A stretch of DNA of 64,000 nucleotides, taken from Epiperipatus broadwayi. Lineage: Eukaryota > Animalia > Onychophora. A model generated the notes under the pieces. That model did no database searches, was not told where the DNA came from, and saw only the letters and a program-made list of their open reading frames with translations. A program made the translations under genes and the position numbers. This document shows, one piece after another, positions 42,392-55,022 of this stretch (position 1 is the first letter of the stretch; each line of letters begins with the position of its first letter). The DNA is taken from positions 11,346,001 through 11,410,000 of the forward strand of contig JAQFVV010000005.1 of the NCBI GenBank assembly GCA_028023455.1, read 5' to 3'.

Positions 42392-42485
42392 AATTAAACA
42401 GGCAAAATTCTCCATACAGTAGTGCCACTCAGTGCAAGCCAGAGTAATCAATGAATGCCAGAAGAAACAGTGACCATGTGATGTT
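42392..42485. mobile_element. Family A mini-insertion (no HHR), first of two at the same 13-bp target
   Basis: TAGATTGGATTGT at 42379-42391 and 42486-42498. Minus arm plus a short plus arm ending GTGATGTT. Confidence 0.75.
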
Positions 42486-42611
42486 TAGATTGGATTGTAT
42501 TAAAATGGGCAAAACTCTCTATACGTATTGCCACTTAGTGAAAACCAGAGTAATCAATGGATGCCAAAAAGCTTTGCATAAAATCTCCAACTAGTGCCTA
42601 CTCATCCAATA

Positions 42612-42653
42612 TTCCCAGACTAGTTTTTGGCTTGTGGCCTTCATCAGTGAGGA
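42612..42653 (-). ncRNA. Family A hammerhead, G12A (predicted inactive)
   Basis: Core CUGAUGA is intact but GAAA reads AAAA. Confidence 0.6.
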
Positions 42654-43330
42654 GCCTTGGATCTGAGAGCATTGCATCTAGATCTTAGGATCTAAAACAA
42701 CCCTCCAGCAGCCATCTTTTATTTCTATTTAACTACAAAATTATGAGTCTTAAATTGAAAACATCATGCTATTTTCAATCCAAGCTCATTAGCTTATGTA
42801 GTCATATAGTTCTGAATTCAGTTCAGTACTTATACATTTTGGTGTCTTTGGTTCTTTAATAACCATAGCCACCACTATCCTATTAGGCAGAATTGCTCTT
42901 AAGCCAATAAACATCATATTTCACCATTTCTTATGCCTGCTTATAACTTATTAAAACAGGAAAAACTCTTTATATGTATTGCCACTCACTGCAAGCCAGA
43001 GTAATCAATGGATGCCAGAAGGCTTAATAATAACAGTTATAAGCAAGCATAAGAAATGATGATCATGTGATGTTTATTGGCTTAAAACCAATCCTATCTA
43101 ATAGGATAGTGGTGGCTATGGTTATTAAAGAACCAAAGACACCAAAATGTATAGGTACTGAACTGAGTTCAGATCTATATGACTATATAAGCTAATGAGC
43201 TTGGATTGAAAATATTACAGTGTTTTCAATTTAAGACTCATAGTTTTGTAGTTAAGTTGAGATAAAAGGTGGCTGCTGTAGGGTTGCATTAGATCCTAAG
43301 ATCTAGGTGCAGTGCTCTCAGATCCAAGGC

Positions 43331-43372
43331 TCCTCACTGATAAAGGCCACAAGCCAGAAACTAGTCTGGGAA
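43331..43372 (+). ncRNA. Family A hammerhead, G8A (predicted inactive)
   Basis: TCCTCA CTGATAA AGGC CACAA GCCA GAAA CTAG TC TGGGAA. Confidence 0.6.
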
Positions 43373-45129
43373 TATTGGATGATTAGGCACTAGATGGGGA
43401 TTTTATGCACAAGCCTTTTGGCATCCATTGATTACTCTGGCTTTCACTGAGTGGCAATGCATATAGATAGTTTTGCCTGTTTTAATAACAGTTAAATGTT
43501 GATTATGTTATCTAGATTGGATTGTGGTAGGTAATGCAGCCACAATTTGACATTTAAAGATATTAGCTATCTTAATTATAATTTACAAACAATAAACAAA
43601 TTTAAATATACACCTAATTCAATAATCAAAACAAATATATAACTGTCATTTGATTAGAGGAAACCATTATTATTGCAATCAATAAAGTAACTGTAATTCT
43701 GTTTAAATGATGACTTCTGATTATTATATGGAAAAAAAAAATTATAAATTGAGAATTCAGTGAAATGTTATTTCCAATATAATAATAACTATCAAAGTTA
43801 ATATAAAATGCAAAGTACCCAGAACTGATAAATTAGATTGCATCTCTGAAAAAACCCAATATTGAAAATAATAGACAATCAAATAATTTGATTTTAAAAT
43901 CTGAATTAATATAAAAAAGTTAGTGAATGGAATACATTTTAAAAAATTATATTGAGATATCTATATGTATAAATGAATCCTAACAGACTTGTAAAAAGTA
44001 TTATAAGTTGGCAGTGTAAGATATACAGATTGGATTTAATTTATATTATTTTTTAGAAAGCAATAAATGATATAATAAAAGAAAGTGAAGATAAATGATT
44101 ATTACAAAAAGGCTGGAAGCTTGAACATTTTAACCTATTATTTAAATCACAGGATAAAGTTAAAACCTGCTCTGGAAAGGAAAAATGGAAATCAAGCTAC
44201 TAATAAACTCAAAAACAATCATGAATATTGGTTTAGCTGTCAATTTTGATTTTAGTCACTGTTTCAACTGCTGAAAATAGATTTTTTGTACTTTATATAA
44301 ATAATAGAATTTATTTTGCATTGAATGGTTTAATTGTTGAGAATCCATCCAATTTGAAAGTATTATTTGATAAAAAAAAAGTGCAACAAGAAAAAAAGGA
44401 AGATATTTTTATTGTCATTAATAATTGTAAATTAATTTATTTGATTTATATAGATTAATAATCTAAATCCTTTGTAATAAAGTTCAAGGAATCAATATTA
44501 GTGACAATGAAACAACTATGAGCTAAAACTTGTTTTAGTTTAATATGATTGATAAATTTTTTATTGCAGTTAAGTACTAGTTTAAAATCTATTTAGTTTG
44601 TTTATAGACAAATCTTTGTTTTAAAAAAATACTTACATTCTTGAAAAAAATTCACATAAAAATAGTGTCTTGTTTAAACTAGTTAAAAATTATTAAATAG
44701 GAGGACATAGCAAAAGTTTAAAATGTCTGTCATATATTTGACAGTTCTTTTTAGAAAAAAAAAAACAACAAGATATCAAGACAATATTTCATGAGGAAAA
44801 AAAAGTTAGTGATCGTAATGTGAATGAATGTGTCCTTATTAATTATCTCCTATGAGATGGTCATTTTAATTTGAGAATAAAAAAATTGATATACAACAAT
44901 AAAAAGTTTAAAAAAAGTTTTATCATGAGTGCAAAGAAGCCCATGAATCACAAAACTATTCACATTTATTACTTGCTTTTTCTCACGATAAGATTGTTTT
45001 AAAATGTTTTTTGAGATAATAAACAAATTCATCAAATAAATAGTGGGAATTATTTACTTATAGTCATTTAAAGTATACAAAAAAAATGTAAGAAATCAAA
45101 GCTGCAGAAGTAATATTTTATGAAATGAT

Positions 45130-45640
45130 TTTTTTTCTGGAGAAAAGATTTACAAATATGACAGAAATAATCTCATTTGAAGAGCATGAAAGATCGTGAA
45201 AAGTTTTTGAATGCATCTTTTATTATTACAAGGGTGCTATAAAAAATGGATTAAATAATCACAAAAATTCAAGCAAAAAAACTGTAATTGCACTTTAGGT
45301 GTTTTCAAGACTGTTTCCAAAAAAAAAAAAAAAGATTAAATATGCCTAAGTACTGAAGAAAAAGCATTCCATTGTAAATTGTGTGATTAGAAAGCTGCTC
45401 AAAAATTTAATTTAAAAGTATACCATACAGGGAAGAAATCTTTTAGCTATAACATGTGTGATTACAAAGCTTGCAAAAACTTACTTGAAAATACATGAAC
45501 TCATAAGAAAAGATATGTCATTGTACTTTATGTAATTATAAGACTGCACTAAAAAGTAGTATAAATAAACATAAAATAATATATACTGGAGAAAAACCTT
45601 TCCACTGCAGACTTTGCAAATTTAAAAGTGTTGACAAAAT
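45130..45640 (+). pseudogene. C2H2 zinc-finger pseudogene resembling the 16.5-kb gene
   Basis: Finger remnants: FHCKLCD* (~45368), CTLCNYKTALKSSINKH (~45523) and YTGEKPFHCRLCKFK (~45582), with stops and frameshifts. Confidence 0.75.
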
Positions 45641-46177
45641 TAGATTGGCTTAAAGATCATTCTGATATAATTAACTGTCCTGGATTTGAACCCCAGATTG
45701 AGTACACAATAACCAAATTCAGGTTTTCTATTTTATCTGCAATATTTGCAGATAGGATTTTTGTGGTCTCCCTGTAAATAGTTTTAAAATTCATTGGTGT
45801 TACTAGAGAAGTAATATCCGGTAATTTTTACTTGAAAAAAAAATCCAAATTATCAAATTGTTTAACAAACAGGTAAAGTAAGAAGAAAAAAAAGTCTTAG
45901 TTTTATTATAAATAATTCTCTTTAAAAAATAGATACTATAGTTGTAAAATAAAAATAAACTTTTTTTTTCGGTCTCATAGACTGCTGAAAATTTTTAACA
46001 CGTTTTGTAAAAATATTCAGGAGGACATCGACTTTTGGGAATTACATGAAAGGCTTTTTAATATTATATTTTGCATATTTTCTATGCATATTTAAAATCT
46101 ACTATAAATCCAATTGAAATGAAAAGTTTAAAGGATTCAATGAGAATATTAAAGCACATAAACAAACATATCAAATG

Positions 46178-46357
46178 AATTATAAATATAGGGGATTTGA
46201 TCTCAGATTTTCAAGCATCCTTCAACTATCCACTATATCTCATCCCATTTTTACACATGACCACACACATGTAGAAAAGATAAATAATCACCAATATTTA
46301 TGTGGATAGTTGAAGGATGCTTGAAAATCTGAGTTCAAATTTCCCATATTTATAATT
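46178..46357. mobile_element. 180-bp MITE-like hairpin with ~56-bp TIRs
   Basis: 46178-46233 is inverted at 46302-46357, with core CTCAGATTTTCAAGCATCCTTCAACTATCCAC perfect. Confidence 0.7.
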
Positions 46358-46443
46358 AGCCTTCAGGTACATGAAGAGTGCCTGTATTTCAAATATCATA
46401 TGAATTCTTATCTTACTTCTTAAAACTAATAAACCATTATTAA

Positions 46444-46810
46444 AAAGAATCACTTTTTTGACACGTTTTTCAATATACGTGGCCACAGAGTTTATTTTCT
46501 TTCAATCACATGATTACACATATGAAAAGGCCTCCTATCTTTTCTTCATTACAGGAATAATAGCCAAGTTTTCAGCAATTGTCAAATATAAAGAAGCCAA
46601 AATAATAGCAATCCAAGTAGATTTTGGGAAAAAAAAAGTTTTTGCAACTGACAAATATAAATAAAGCAAAACAACACCAATCAAAGCAGGTTTTGAAAAA
46701 AAGAATCACGTTTTTCAATATACATAGCAGTGTTTATTTTCTTTCAGTCACAAGATTACACATGTGAAAAGGCCTCCTACCTTCTCTTTGTTGCAGGTAT
46801 AGTACACAAG
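46444..46810. repeat. Pair of ~110-bp diverged direct repeats
   Basis: AAGAATCAC...TTTATTTTCTTTCA.TCACA.GATTACACAT.TGAAAAGGCCTCCTA at ~46446-46560 and ~46700-46800. Confidence 0.6.
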
Positions 46811-47335
46811 TATCATAAATTTATATACACGTAACCTCTCACATTTCTTGTTTACCACAATTAATATTTATTTTTAGTTCTAAGATTTTTTTATATCTGT
46901 CTGACCTCAGCAGGATATAAGAAAAAGAGTATATATGCTAACATCAGACACGGTAGTCATGTGGCTATTGTCCTCGGAGCATAGGTAATGAGGTTCAACT
47001 TTGTATTTTTTAAGGTAATATTTTTAAATATGTTACACACAGACATGCTATTTAGTGATCATTGCTTTGTTCTTAAGATTAGTTTTGCTGACTATATAAA
47101 TCTGACCATTACAGTAGTTATTATTTGTTTATTTTATTACGATATATTGGATCATATAGAGTTTACTTCAAAGTATTTTGATTATATATATGAAGTTAAG
47201 TTTAAATATCTTTTAAAATAATGTCTATATGAAGTTAATTTGTAATATGTTCTATAAGGCTTAAAATATGCAAAACTCTCTATACGTATTGCCACTCAGT
47301 GCAAGCCAGAGTAATCAATAGATGCCAGAAGGTAT

Positions 47336-47377
47336 CCCCCAGACTAGTTTCTGGCTTGTGGCCTTCATCAGTGAAGA
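47336..47377 (-). ncRNA. Type I hammerhead ribozyme (family A), core intact, G.U-rich stem I
   Basis: Reverse complement UCUUCA CUGAUGA AGGC CACAA GCCA GAAA CUAG UC UGGGGG. Confidence 0.7.
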
Positions 47378-47791
47378 GCCTTGGATTTGATAGCACTGCA
47401 CCTAGATCTTAGGATCTAATGCAATACTCCAGCGGCCACCTTTTATCTCTACTTAACTACAAAACTATGAGTCTTAAACTGAAAACACTATAATATTTTC
47501 AATCCAAACTCAGTAGCTTATATAATCATATAGATCTGAATTCAGTTCAGTACCTATACATTTTGGGGTCTTATGTTCTTTAGGGTCTTTGGTTCTTTAA
47601 TTTTATTAGGCAGGATTGGTTTTAAGCCAATAAACATCATATGAACCCCATTTCTTATGCTTGCTCATAACTGTTATTAAAACAGGCAAAACTCTCTATA
47701 CATACTGCCACTCAGTGCAAGCCAGAGTAATCAATGGATGCCAGAAGGCTTGTGCATAAAATCCCCATCTAGTCCCCCCCCCCATCCAATA

Positions 47792-47828
47792 ACCCCAGAC
47801 TAGTTTCTGGCTTGTGGCCTTTATCAGT
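47792..47828 (-). ncRNA. Family A hammerhead, G8A and truncated at the inversion junction
   Basis: CUGAUAA core; the 5' strand of stem I is lost at 47828. Confidence 0.5.
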
Positions 47829-47903
47829 AGTTGAGATAAAAGGTGGCTGCTGGAGGGTTGCATTAGATCCTAAGATCTAGGTGCAGTGCTCTCTGATCCA
47901 AGC

Positions 47904-47944
47904 TCTTCACTGATGAAGGCACAAGCCAGTAACTACTCTGGGGA
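47904..47944 (+). ncRNA. Family A hammerhead, degenerate (GUAA, broken palindrome)
   Basis: TCTTCA CTGATGA AGGC ACAA GCCA GTAA CTAC TC TGGGGA. Confidence 0.5.
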
Positions 47945-49699
47945 TATTGGATGAGTAGACACTAGATGGGGATTTTATGCACAAGTCTTCTGGCATCCAT
48001 TGTTTACTCTGGTTTGCACTGAGTGGCAATACATATAGAGAGTTTAGCCTGTTTTAATAACAGTTATGAGCAAGCATAAGAAATGGTGATCATGTGATGT
48101 TTATTGGCTTAAAACCAATCTTGCCTAATAGGATAGTGGTGGCTATGGTTATTAAAAAACCAAAGACACCAAAATGTATAGGTACTGAACTAAGTTCAGA
48201 CCTAAATGATTATATAAGCTCAGTAGCTTGGATTCAAAATATTAGAGAGAGTTTTGCCTGTTTTAACAACAGTTATGAGCAAGCATAAGAAATGGTGATC
48301 GTATGATGTTTATTGGCTTCTATAAGGCTTACTTGAAATTGTGTTTCAAATTACTAACGTACCAAAATAATGGAATGCCACTTCCATTTTTGAAAAATTA
48401 CTGACAAACCAATCAAAAAATTAATTATAAAATATTAAAATAAATGTAAAAAAAAATAGTAGGGGGTTGCTGGCTGGTTGATATGATTGAGATAAAGATC
48501 AGAGATGCATTTATAAAAACTTGTAAATATATAGATGCTTCTGATTATTGAAATAACGATTTATATATATAAATTTTTGGTGCAACTTTTAATTACATAA
48601 ATTTTGACAATGGCGGAATTCGATTGGATTTAATGGCTCATACTGTTGGCCCTGATTGTATTTTTAAGTTTATTCAGAGTAAAATATCTTGATACAGAAA
48701 GTATTATATAATTAATTTTTGATTGCAAAATAATAAAATTAAACTTAAATAATGTATATAAAATTTTAATTTTGGATTAATAATATATTTTCGCTGTGAT
48801 ATTACTTTCCCCCAAGAATCTTTAATATTAATTTTATTTTATAATAGATGGCGCAACAGATTTTCTTTGTGCGAAATGCTTAATAATAGTGAAAAAAACT
48901 GGCTAACTCGAAATAATTTTCGAAACAAATCGAACCCAAACAAATTTCTGGTTAGTATAAATTCTTTTTAGAAAGCTAGGCAACGTTTATTGCCTATCTT
49001 ATTTATTATTAGAAGGTGCGTGCGTGTATGTTTTCTCCTACAGAAATGATATAATATGGTTGCTGTCAATGTAACGTTTTTATGAAATATTTATTTTTTA
49101 TGAAATATTTCTAAGCTCAAAATCATTTATTATTAATTGGAGCACTTTTTTTAGAAATTATGTATGGTTCTAAATGAAACGGATATTTGAGAGATGTTTT
49201 GTGAAAAGCAGATAACACATTTAAATGTAGAATGGTTAATAAAAGAAACTACGTTTTAAACATTTATTTTAATCAAATATTACTTGTTTTATTATTCCAT
49301 TTTATTATTCTTTATAAAGTATTCGATTTTCAGCCATTAATAAAATTTTATACTTTTCCAGAACTAAGTAAAAGCTGTATTGTTATTTTCTATTGTATCT
49401 TAATCATTAATTGTTAGATATGGTCTATAATTTTAATTGTAATTTATCCAAGGTCAACTATAATATATATATGGCAGCAGTTTAAATAAACAAACAACAA
49501 AAATTTAATAATATCAAGAGTTTATTTTAGTAGGAATAACTAATATTAATAGATAGGATTAGTAGATCAACTGGTTGATTTGCTAGTTGAACACAATATC
49601 AGTCTTGATCACGTATCAGTTCATATCTCTGTAGATAAGTAATATATACATAGGAAGCCAGCTGTTAACCCTGTCAAAAAAATGACTAAATTATCTTCT

Positions 49700-49950
49700 A
49701 AAATTATTGTCTGTGATTTGCAGCTGTGAGAATCATCTTGAAATATGCATGTAGGTCCACTCAAAGATTATTGATTCGTGTTTGCAACATGTATCTGAAG
49801 TACCATTTTATAATTAATTAGAAATACTAGTTCTCTGAAAACAATAACAGACTAAGATAGATTTTTCCAACAACGGAATTTCTTGGATACTTATTACTGA
49901 TAATGGCACCATATTAATTTTTAGTAAGTTCATATTATAACCCAAAGTTC
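49700..49950 (+). mobile_element. Gypsy integrase core fragment
   Basis: ILITDNGT at ~49887-49910, preceded by R-x-IF-like remnants. Frameshifted. Confidence 0.45.
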
Positions 49951-51990
49951 AAGTTGCAATGAGGTAGGAGCAAAAGAAGACCGGTTGAAATGAGTGTGTT
50001 TTATGTGAAATGCTTTTGATATTGGTTGCGCACTTATGACAAAAAAATTAAAATGAATGCATGTTTATTTTCCGCATAAAATAAATAATAACTATTCCAA
50101 TATTTAATAATACATTAAATTTTAAGAACAATAAAATTTCTCAGGATATTTTTATATGATAATAAATTTACTTTATTCTTAAATATATATATATTCTATT
50201 ACATTATCTCTTGTGTAAAGAATTACTTTAATGCAAATTGATATGCATTTTTAAATAAGGTTAGCAAATTAACTCTATTATAAATTAAATATAATGATCA
50301 ATTAATTATCAGGATTATTAACTAAATCAATCAATTAAAAGATGTATAGATTTAAACTTTATTAAATTATTCTAGGTATGATGAATGTAGAAGGGAATTT
50401 TATTTTATATCATCCTATTCTATTGATTTGTATTTCAGATAGCAATAATAATAAATAGTGTATATAAATTTAATCGGTGTTGATTTAGTTTGCGCTCATG
50501 GCCATTTTGAAATCTAAAGACCAGCCAAAATATCGGCACCATTTAATCAATGAATATGTAATTTAGTAGCTTGAAAGTATGGTCTTTTATTTTTCAACAA
50601 TATGTAAAGATGATTTCAATAATGACAAACAGATGAATTTAAATATAATAATTACTTTATTATAATAAGTATATAAACAAAATTATAAGTGAATAATAAA
50701 AATGTAATTATTTTTATAAAAAAATTTTATAATAATTTTAATAAAAAGTATTATTTGTTCTCCATGAATAAGCTAATTTGGATTATGATTATGTGCGTAT
50801 TTCTAAAATGTTGCAAAGGCATGAAACTCTTTTGTAAAGGATTGAATAATATTAAGTCAAAACCTAATCTTAAATACAGGAGGATAAGAAGGTTTTATAA
50901 TGTTTTTAATTATCTTTGTAACAATAATTAATAAATTATCAACCTCATTTTATAAAAGCTGGCTATTTCTCTAAATCTTTTGGAGTAAGCAAAATTATTT
51001 ACTTCATTATGATATTTATATCTTATATTAAAACGAATTGTTATGTTTCTTATATTTAAAGTTTAAACAGTTAGGTTGGAATATATCTATTAACAAATAT
51101 GGTTTAATTTCTTGATACTATAAGACTGCTTTATTGCATAATATAACATTTCAAGTTATACAATTTATAGATACTATACAGAAAGATATTATTTAATAAT
51201 TTAATCATCTATAATCATTTACTCTGGATATTTAGCTATCTATTAATCAGGCTGAATTCAATGACTAATAAAACATGAAGTCAATTAGACGTGAATGGGT
51301 TTACTGAAGTTTATAAGTTAGTTTAATTTAAATGCAACCTGATTCCAATATAAAATTAAATCACATATATTACACTTATACCCAATATCATTAATATTAC
51401 TATTACCTGTACCTTCATATCTCCGCCTTATCTTGAGAACAGGTAAGTATTTCAACAATTATAAACATTATGTGATTCATCAAATACATAATCCTACTTT
51501 TTTGAACGCTTGATAACTATACTGTGAAAATATTTACATTTTGCAAAGTATTGCAACATTTATAATTTAATGGCAATACTTTAATAAAGCACTAACATTA
51601 TGTAAGAAGTACAAGATAATTCCTTTCATAGATTTAAATCGTTAGTAACATTTAATATAATGATTTAAAGAAATTTAATAAAACATTTAGTAATTCAATT
51701 CCAGATTGTAATGTTAGCACACTAATCCATTTTAGAATACCTGCTGATCAATTTATGATGATTATCATATTTTCATATTATAGCCTTAATCACAAAACAA
51801 TTATTATAGGACTGACTTTGAATTATAGTTTTATTCAAAGAGAATAGTTTAATCATTCAGAGAACACTTGTAGATTAATATCCTTATGGTTGACATTTAT
51901 CATGTATTTTAAAAGCAGTAGATTACTAATCCTTTGGTTTAAATAAACTTAATTTATTTTGTAATTAACCTTTTCCTTTAGTATACTGGT

Positions 51991-52032
51991 CCAACTGATG
52001 AGTTCTATTTCTGCATAAAATACATATATTGG
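51991..52032 (+). ncRNA. Family B hammerhead, degenerate (G12A)
   Basis: CCAA CTGATGA GTTC...GCAT AAAA TACA TA TATTGG. The downstream ~90 bp is homologous to the reverse complement of 54885-54980. Confidence 0.5.
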
Positions 52033-52431
52033 GGATCATTTATTTTTTTCCATATATATGGTCATGTGTATCGCTTGTTTGAAATGGAGTGGAGGATGAA
52101 TGTAGACTGAAATACTAAGTTCATATCCCTCAATTTATTTTGCTATATAGATCAGACCATTTTAATAATTTATCAGACTTAGAAAATAAATAATAATCCA
52201 TAAACTGAATTAACTTTGTTGATTTTCATTAAGAGTTAAACATTTTCTCCAAAGTTGTGAATTTATATGTTGATTTAGCTTCATATTGTATAAAGTTTTA
52301 ACTTCCATTAATCTATAGCAAGATAACTCATATAGTTTCCAAACAACTTATTTTGAAAGAAAAGACAAATGATTTGATTGATGTTATAGTAAGCAATTTT
52401 TCAAAATTTCCATTAATAATTGAAGACAGTA

Positions 52432-54142
52432 TCAGAATACAAAAGAAATCTAAACCCATTGCTGTCCTGCTGGATATCGCTGCGGCTTTTGATTCAGTGT
52501 ACATAACATCCTTCTGAATCTGCTGGCCAAGTACGATGTTCCAGCCACTATTATACAGATAATTAGCAATCTATTAAGCAATAGAGAAGTCTTTGTCCCA
52601 CTGGATGGCAAGCTCACACCAGGCTTCAAATCTTTTAAATCTCTCCCTCAAAGACCCCCCCCCCCCCCAGTGCCCTATACTTCACAACATAGATAAACCC
52701 TCTCCTGATGAATATTGAAAAAAATCTCCTGGGTGTATTCGTTCCTTCCATCAACAAACACCTCAACTCATTTGCCTACATAGATGATATCATGGTTGTT
52801 CTACCCACCATCAAACACCTTCCCCAATTACAGTCCATTTATAAATCGGTATTCTGCAAAATACCATTTACAAATAAACCCCAGTAAATCGGCTATCTGG
52901 CAGATAAAGTCAGGAAAACAAAAGGCCATCTACCTATACTGCCAAGCCACAAAGATTCTTGGGGTTTCCCATCTTCAAATCCTCAATGGCAATGGCCAGA
53001 GAAATACAGGACAGTATCCTCCAAACAACAGAACATATCACCACATCTCTCTAGTGTCTATCTCTCACTATATGGAAAGATAGGCCTCTTGAATATGACA
53101 ATATTACCAAAAATTACATATTACCTGCCCTTCATCAAACTAACCAAACAGTTTCAGAACAAAATTAATTGCCTATGCACCAAACTCTTCTGGAGAGGGA
53201 AGACTATGGCCATCAGCCTCTGACAAATCCAACTGTCTCAGAGGTTCAATGGCATGTCTTTTCACTATTCAAGTAGCCATCCTCCAAAAAACGCATAATA
53301 CGCTACATAATTTAATACGTTCCTTTGACTTTAACAACATCACCGAAAAGATTTCACCATCAGATTGACCCCCCACCAGGGAAAATGCCGTGGATATCGT
53401 CCCTTATCAATTACCTAAATGAATACAAACCAATCATGGACATCAATCTTGACATTAAAATCATTTTGTGGGATGCGTACCACCTAATCAACCCTCACCC
53501 AAAGTAGCCTCACCTTCACAAACCAAAAATTAATGACCCATTTTAAAAGATGGTGTCTGGAGCCCCAAGTATCTGGACTTCATCATCAAAATTAACCTTA
53601 GCGTGCTTCCCACAAACTGGTTCCTGTTTTACCGAAGAGGAAACCCCAACATTGATCTGACCTGCAGTTTATGTTCTCATGAAGAAGAAACCATTGAGCA
53701 CTTCATACATCATTGTCCTAACCTTAAAACAGAGATATAGTCTTCGCCAACTCCAATATCAGACCGGATCTAATTCTTTCGCCCATAAAAGTGATCCATA
53801 CCAGAACATTCATAACTGTTAGACTTTCCATTTTCATCCTCTACACAATCTGGGTAGTACACTGCAAGTTGATAATGGAACATCCCCGTCTAGATCCAGG
53901 TCTGTTGTTCTGCAAAACAATAAAGAAAATCATGAAAAGAGATGAGCTCATCTCTTCCCAAAAAATCCTTTGAGTACATTGGAACCTATTCTACTTCCTA
54001 ACTAATAACAACAGAAGGACAAACATGCTGGCCTACTAAACCATTCAACAAGAACTTTCAGAACTTAGCATAACCTCATTTAACTTTGTATATATCCTTT
54101 CCAATTTGTACACAAAGTAAATAATAAATATATTTTTGAAAC
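52432..54142 (+). mobile_element. 5'-truncated non-LTR retrotransposon (RT plus C-terminal CCHC zinc knuckle), 17-bp TSD
   Basis: TSD AATAATTGAAGACAGTA at 52415-52431 and 54143-54159. LDIAAAFDSV (~52471), FAYIDDIMV (~52770) and CSLCSHEEETIEHFIHHC (~53662). Frameshifted and more GC-rich than its flanks. Confidence 0.85.
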
Positions 54143-54980
54143 AATAATTGAAGACAGTAAATTAGATTTTTTAAAAATAGTATTTAATGATAATCTATCT
54201 CTGTTGTTGTTTGTCCATTTTAGTTCAAGGAGAAAATACATTTTGCCAACTAGGCAAAGTTCCCAGAGTGAATTTGTTTAATTGATCATTCTGGAGAAGA
54301 CAATATAAAAGTGACTATTTTAAAATTTAATTTAATGGATCTTGGATGAACTATAGTTTCACAAAGACTGATTTCATTTTGTCAAGAGGTCTTATTTTTA
54401 GCCTCAGGTTAATTGGTATCTTAATTAGTCACTATTACTCACAACTCCTTATATTAAGTTTATCTGGGGAAAAATTATCCATTGCTATGGTAATATGAAA
54501 GAGCAGTTAATCATAAATTATCTGAGTTTATTCTGAGTGCATAAATTTCCAGAAATTGAATAAATTGGAAAAAAAATGAATACCAAATATTCAATATTGT
54601 ATCTTAATTTGAATTACTAAAAAAAAAAAAATTTTTTTTTTACAATCCTTTACCTTTAACGCCTAAATAATTTATATCTCTTTAAAGTTCTCAGATATTT
54701 TATTTAAATAAATTTATTTTAATAAATACCTTTTGTTTGAATGATAATACTAAACAAAATAACTTAACTTACTAGTGTTTCATTTGTAAATTCTAAATTG
54801 ATTAAGTTTTAAATATACAGAAATTACATTCATGAATATATATTTTTAAATGGATTGTTAGCTTATTATCATAGTTAATATAGAGGATTTGAACACAGAC
54901 TTTCAAGCTCCCTTCAGCCATCCACTCTATCCTATACAACTGATGCACACAACCACACACATAAAAAAGATAAATGATCT

Positions 54981-55022
54981 CCAATATATGTATTGCATGC
55001 TGAACCAGCACTTGTTAGTTGG
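54981..55022 (-). ncRNA. Family B hammerhead, decayed
   Basis: Reverse complement CCAA CUAACAA GUGC UGGUUCA GCAU GCAA UACA UA UAUUGG. Stem II is identical to the 33037 copy. Confidence 0.45.

Larger units (their letters stand above)
42499..43512. mobile_element. Family A insertion with more than one monomer on the minus arm and one monomer on the plus arm, 13-bp TSD
   Basis: TAGATTGGATTGT at 42486-42498 and 43513-43525. Internal periods are 451 nt (42545/42996) and 455 nt (43028/43483). Confidence 0.9.
47264..48317. mobile_element. Family A insertion with a tandem two-HHR minus arm and a plus arm showing a template jump, 14-bp TSD
   Basis: TSD TTCTATAAGGCTTA at 47250-47263 and 48318-48331. 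Inversion junction at ~47828. Minus-arm HHRs are 456 nt apart. Internal jump at ~48244. Confidence 0.9.

Noticed and set aside
45675-45700. Isolated B-box GGTTCAAATCC on the minus strand
   Set aside because: No A-box or cloverleaf; not a tRNA gene.
48094-48288. Family A monomer frame (IKKPKTPKCIGTELSSDL...AWI) as a PLE endonuclease C-terminus
   Set aside because: Only faint resemblance; stops occur in other copies and no GIY-YIG motif is present. Needs an HMM search to settle.
52705-52725. CTGATGA ATATT GAAA
   Set aside because: No helices can form; it lies within RT coding sequence.
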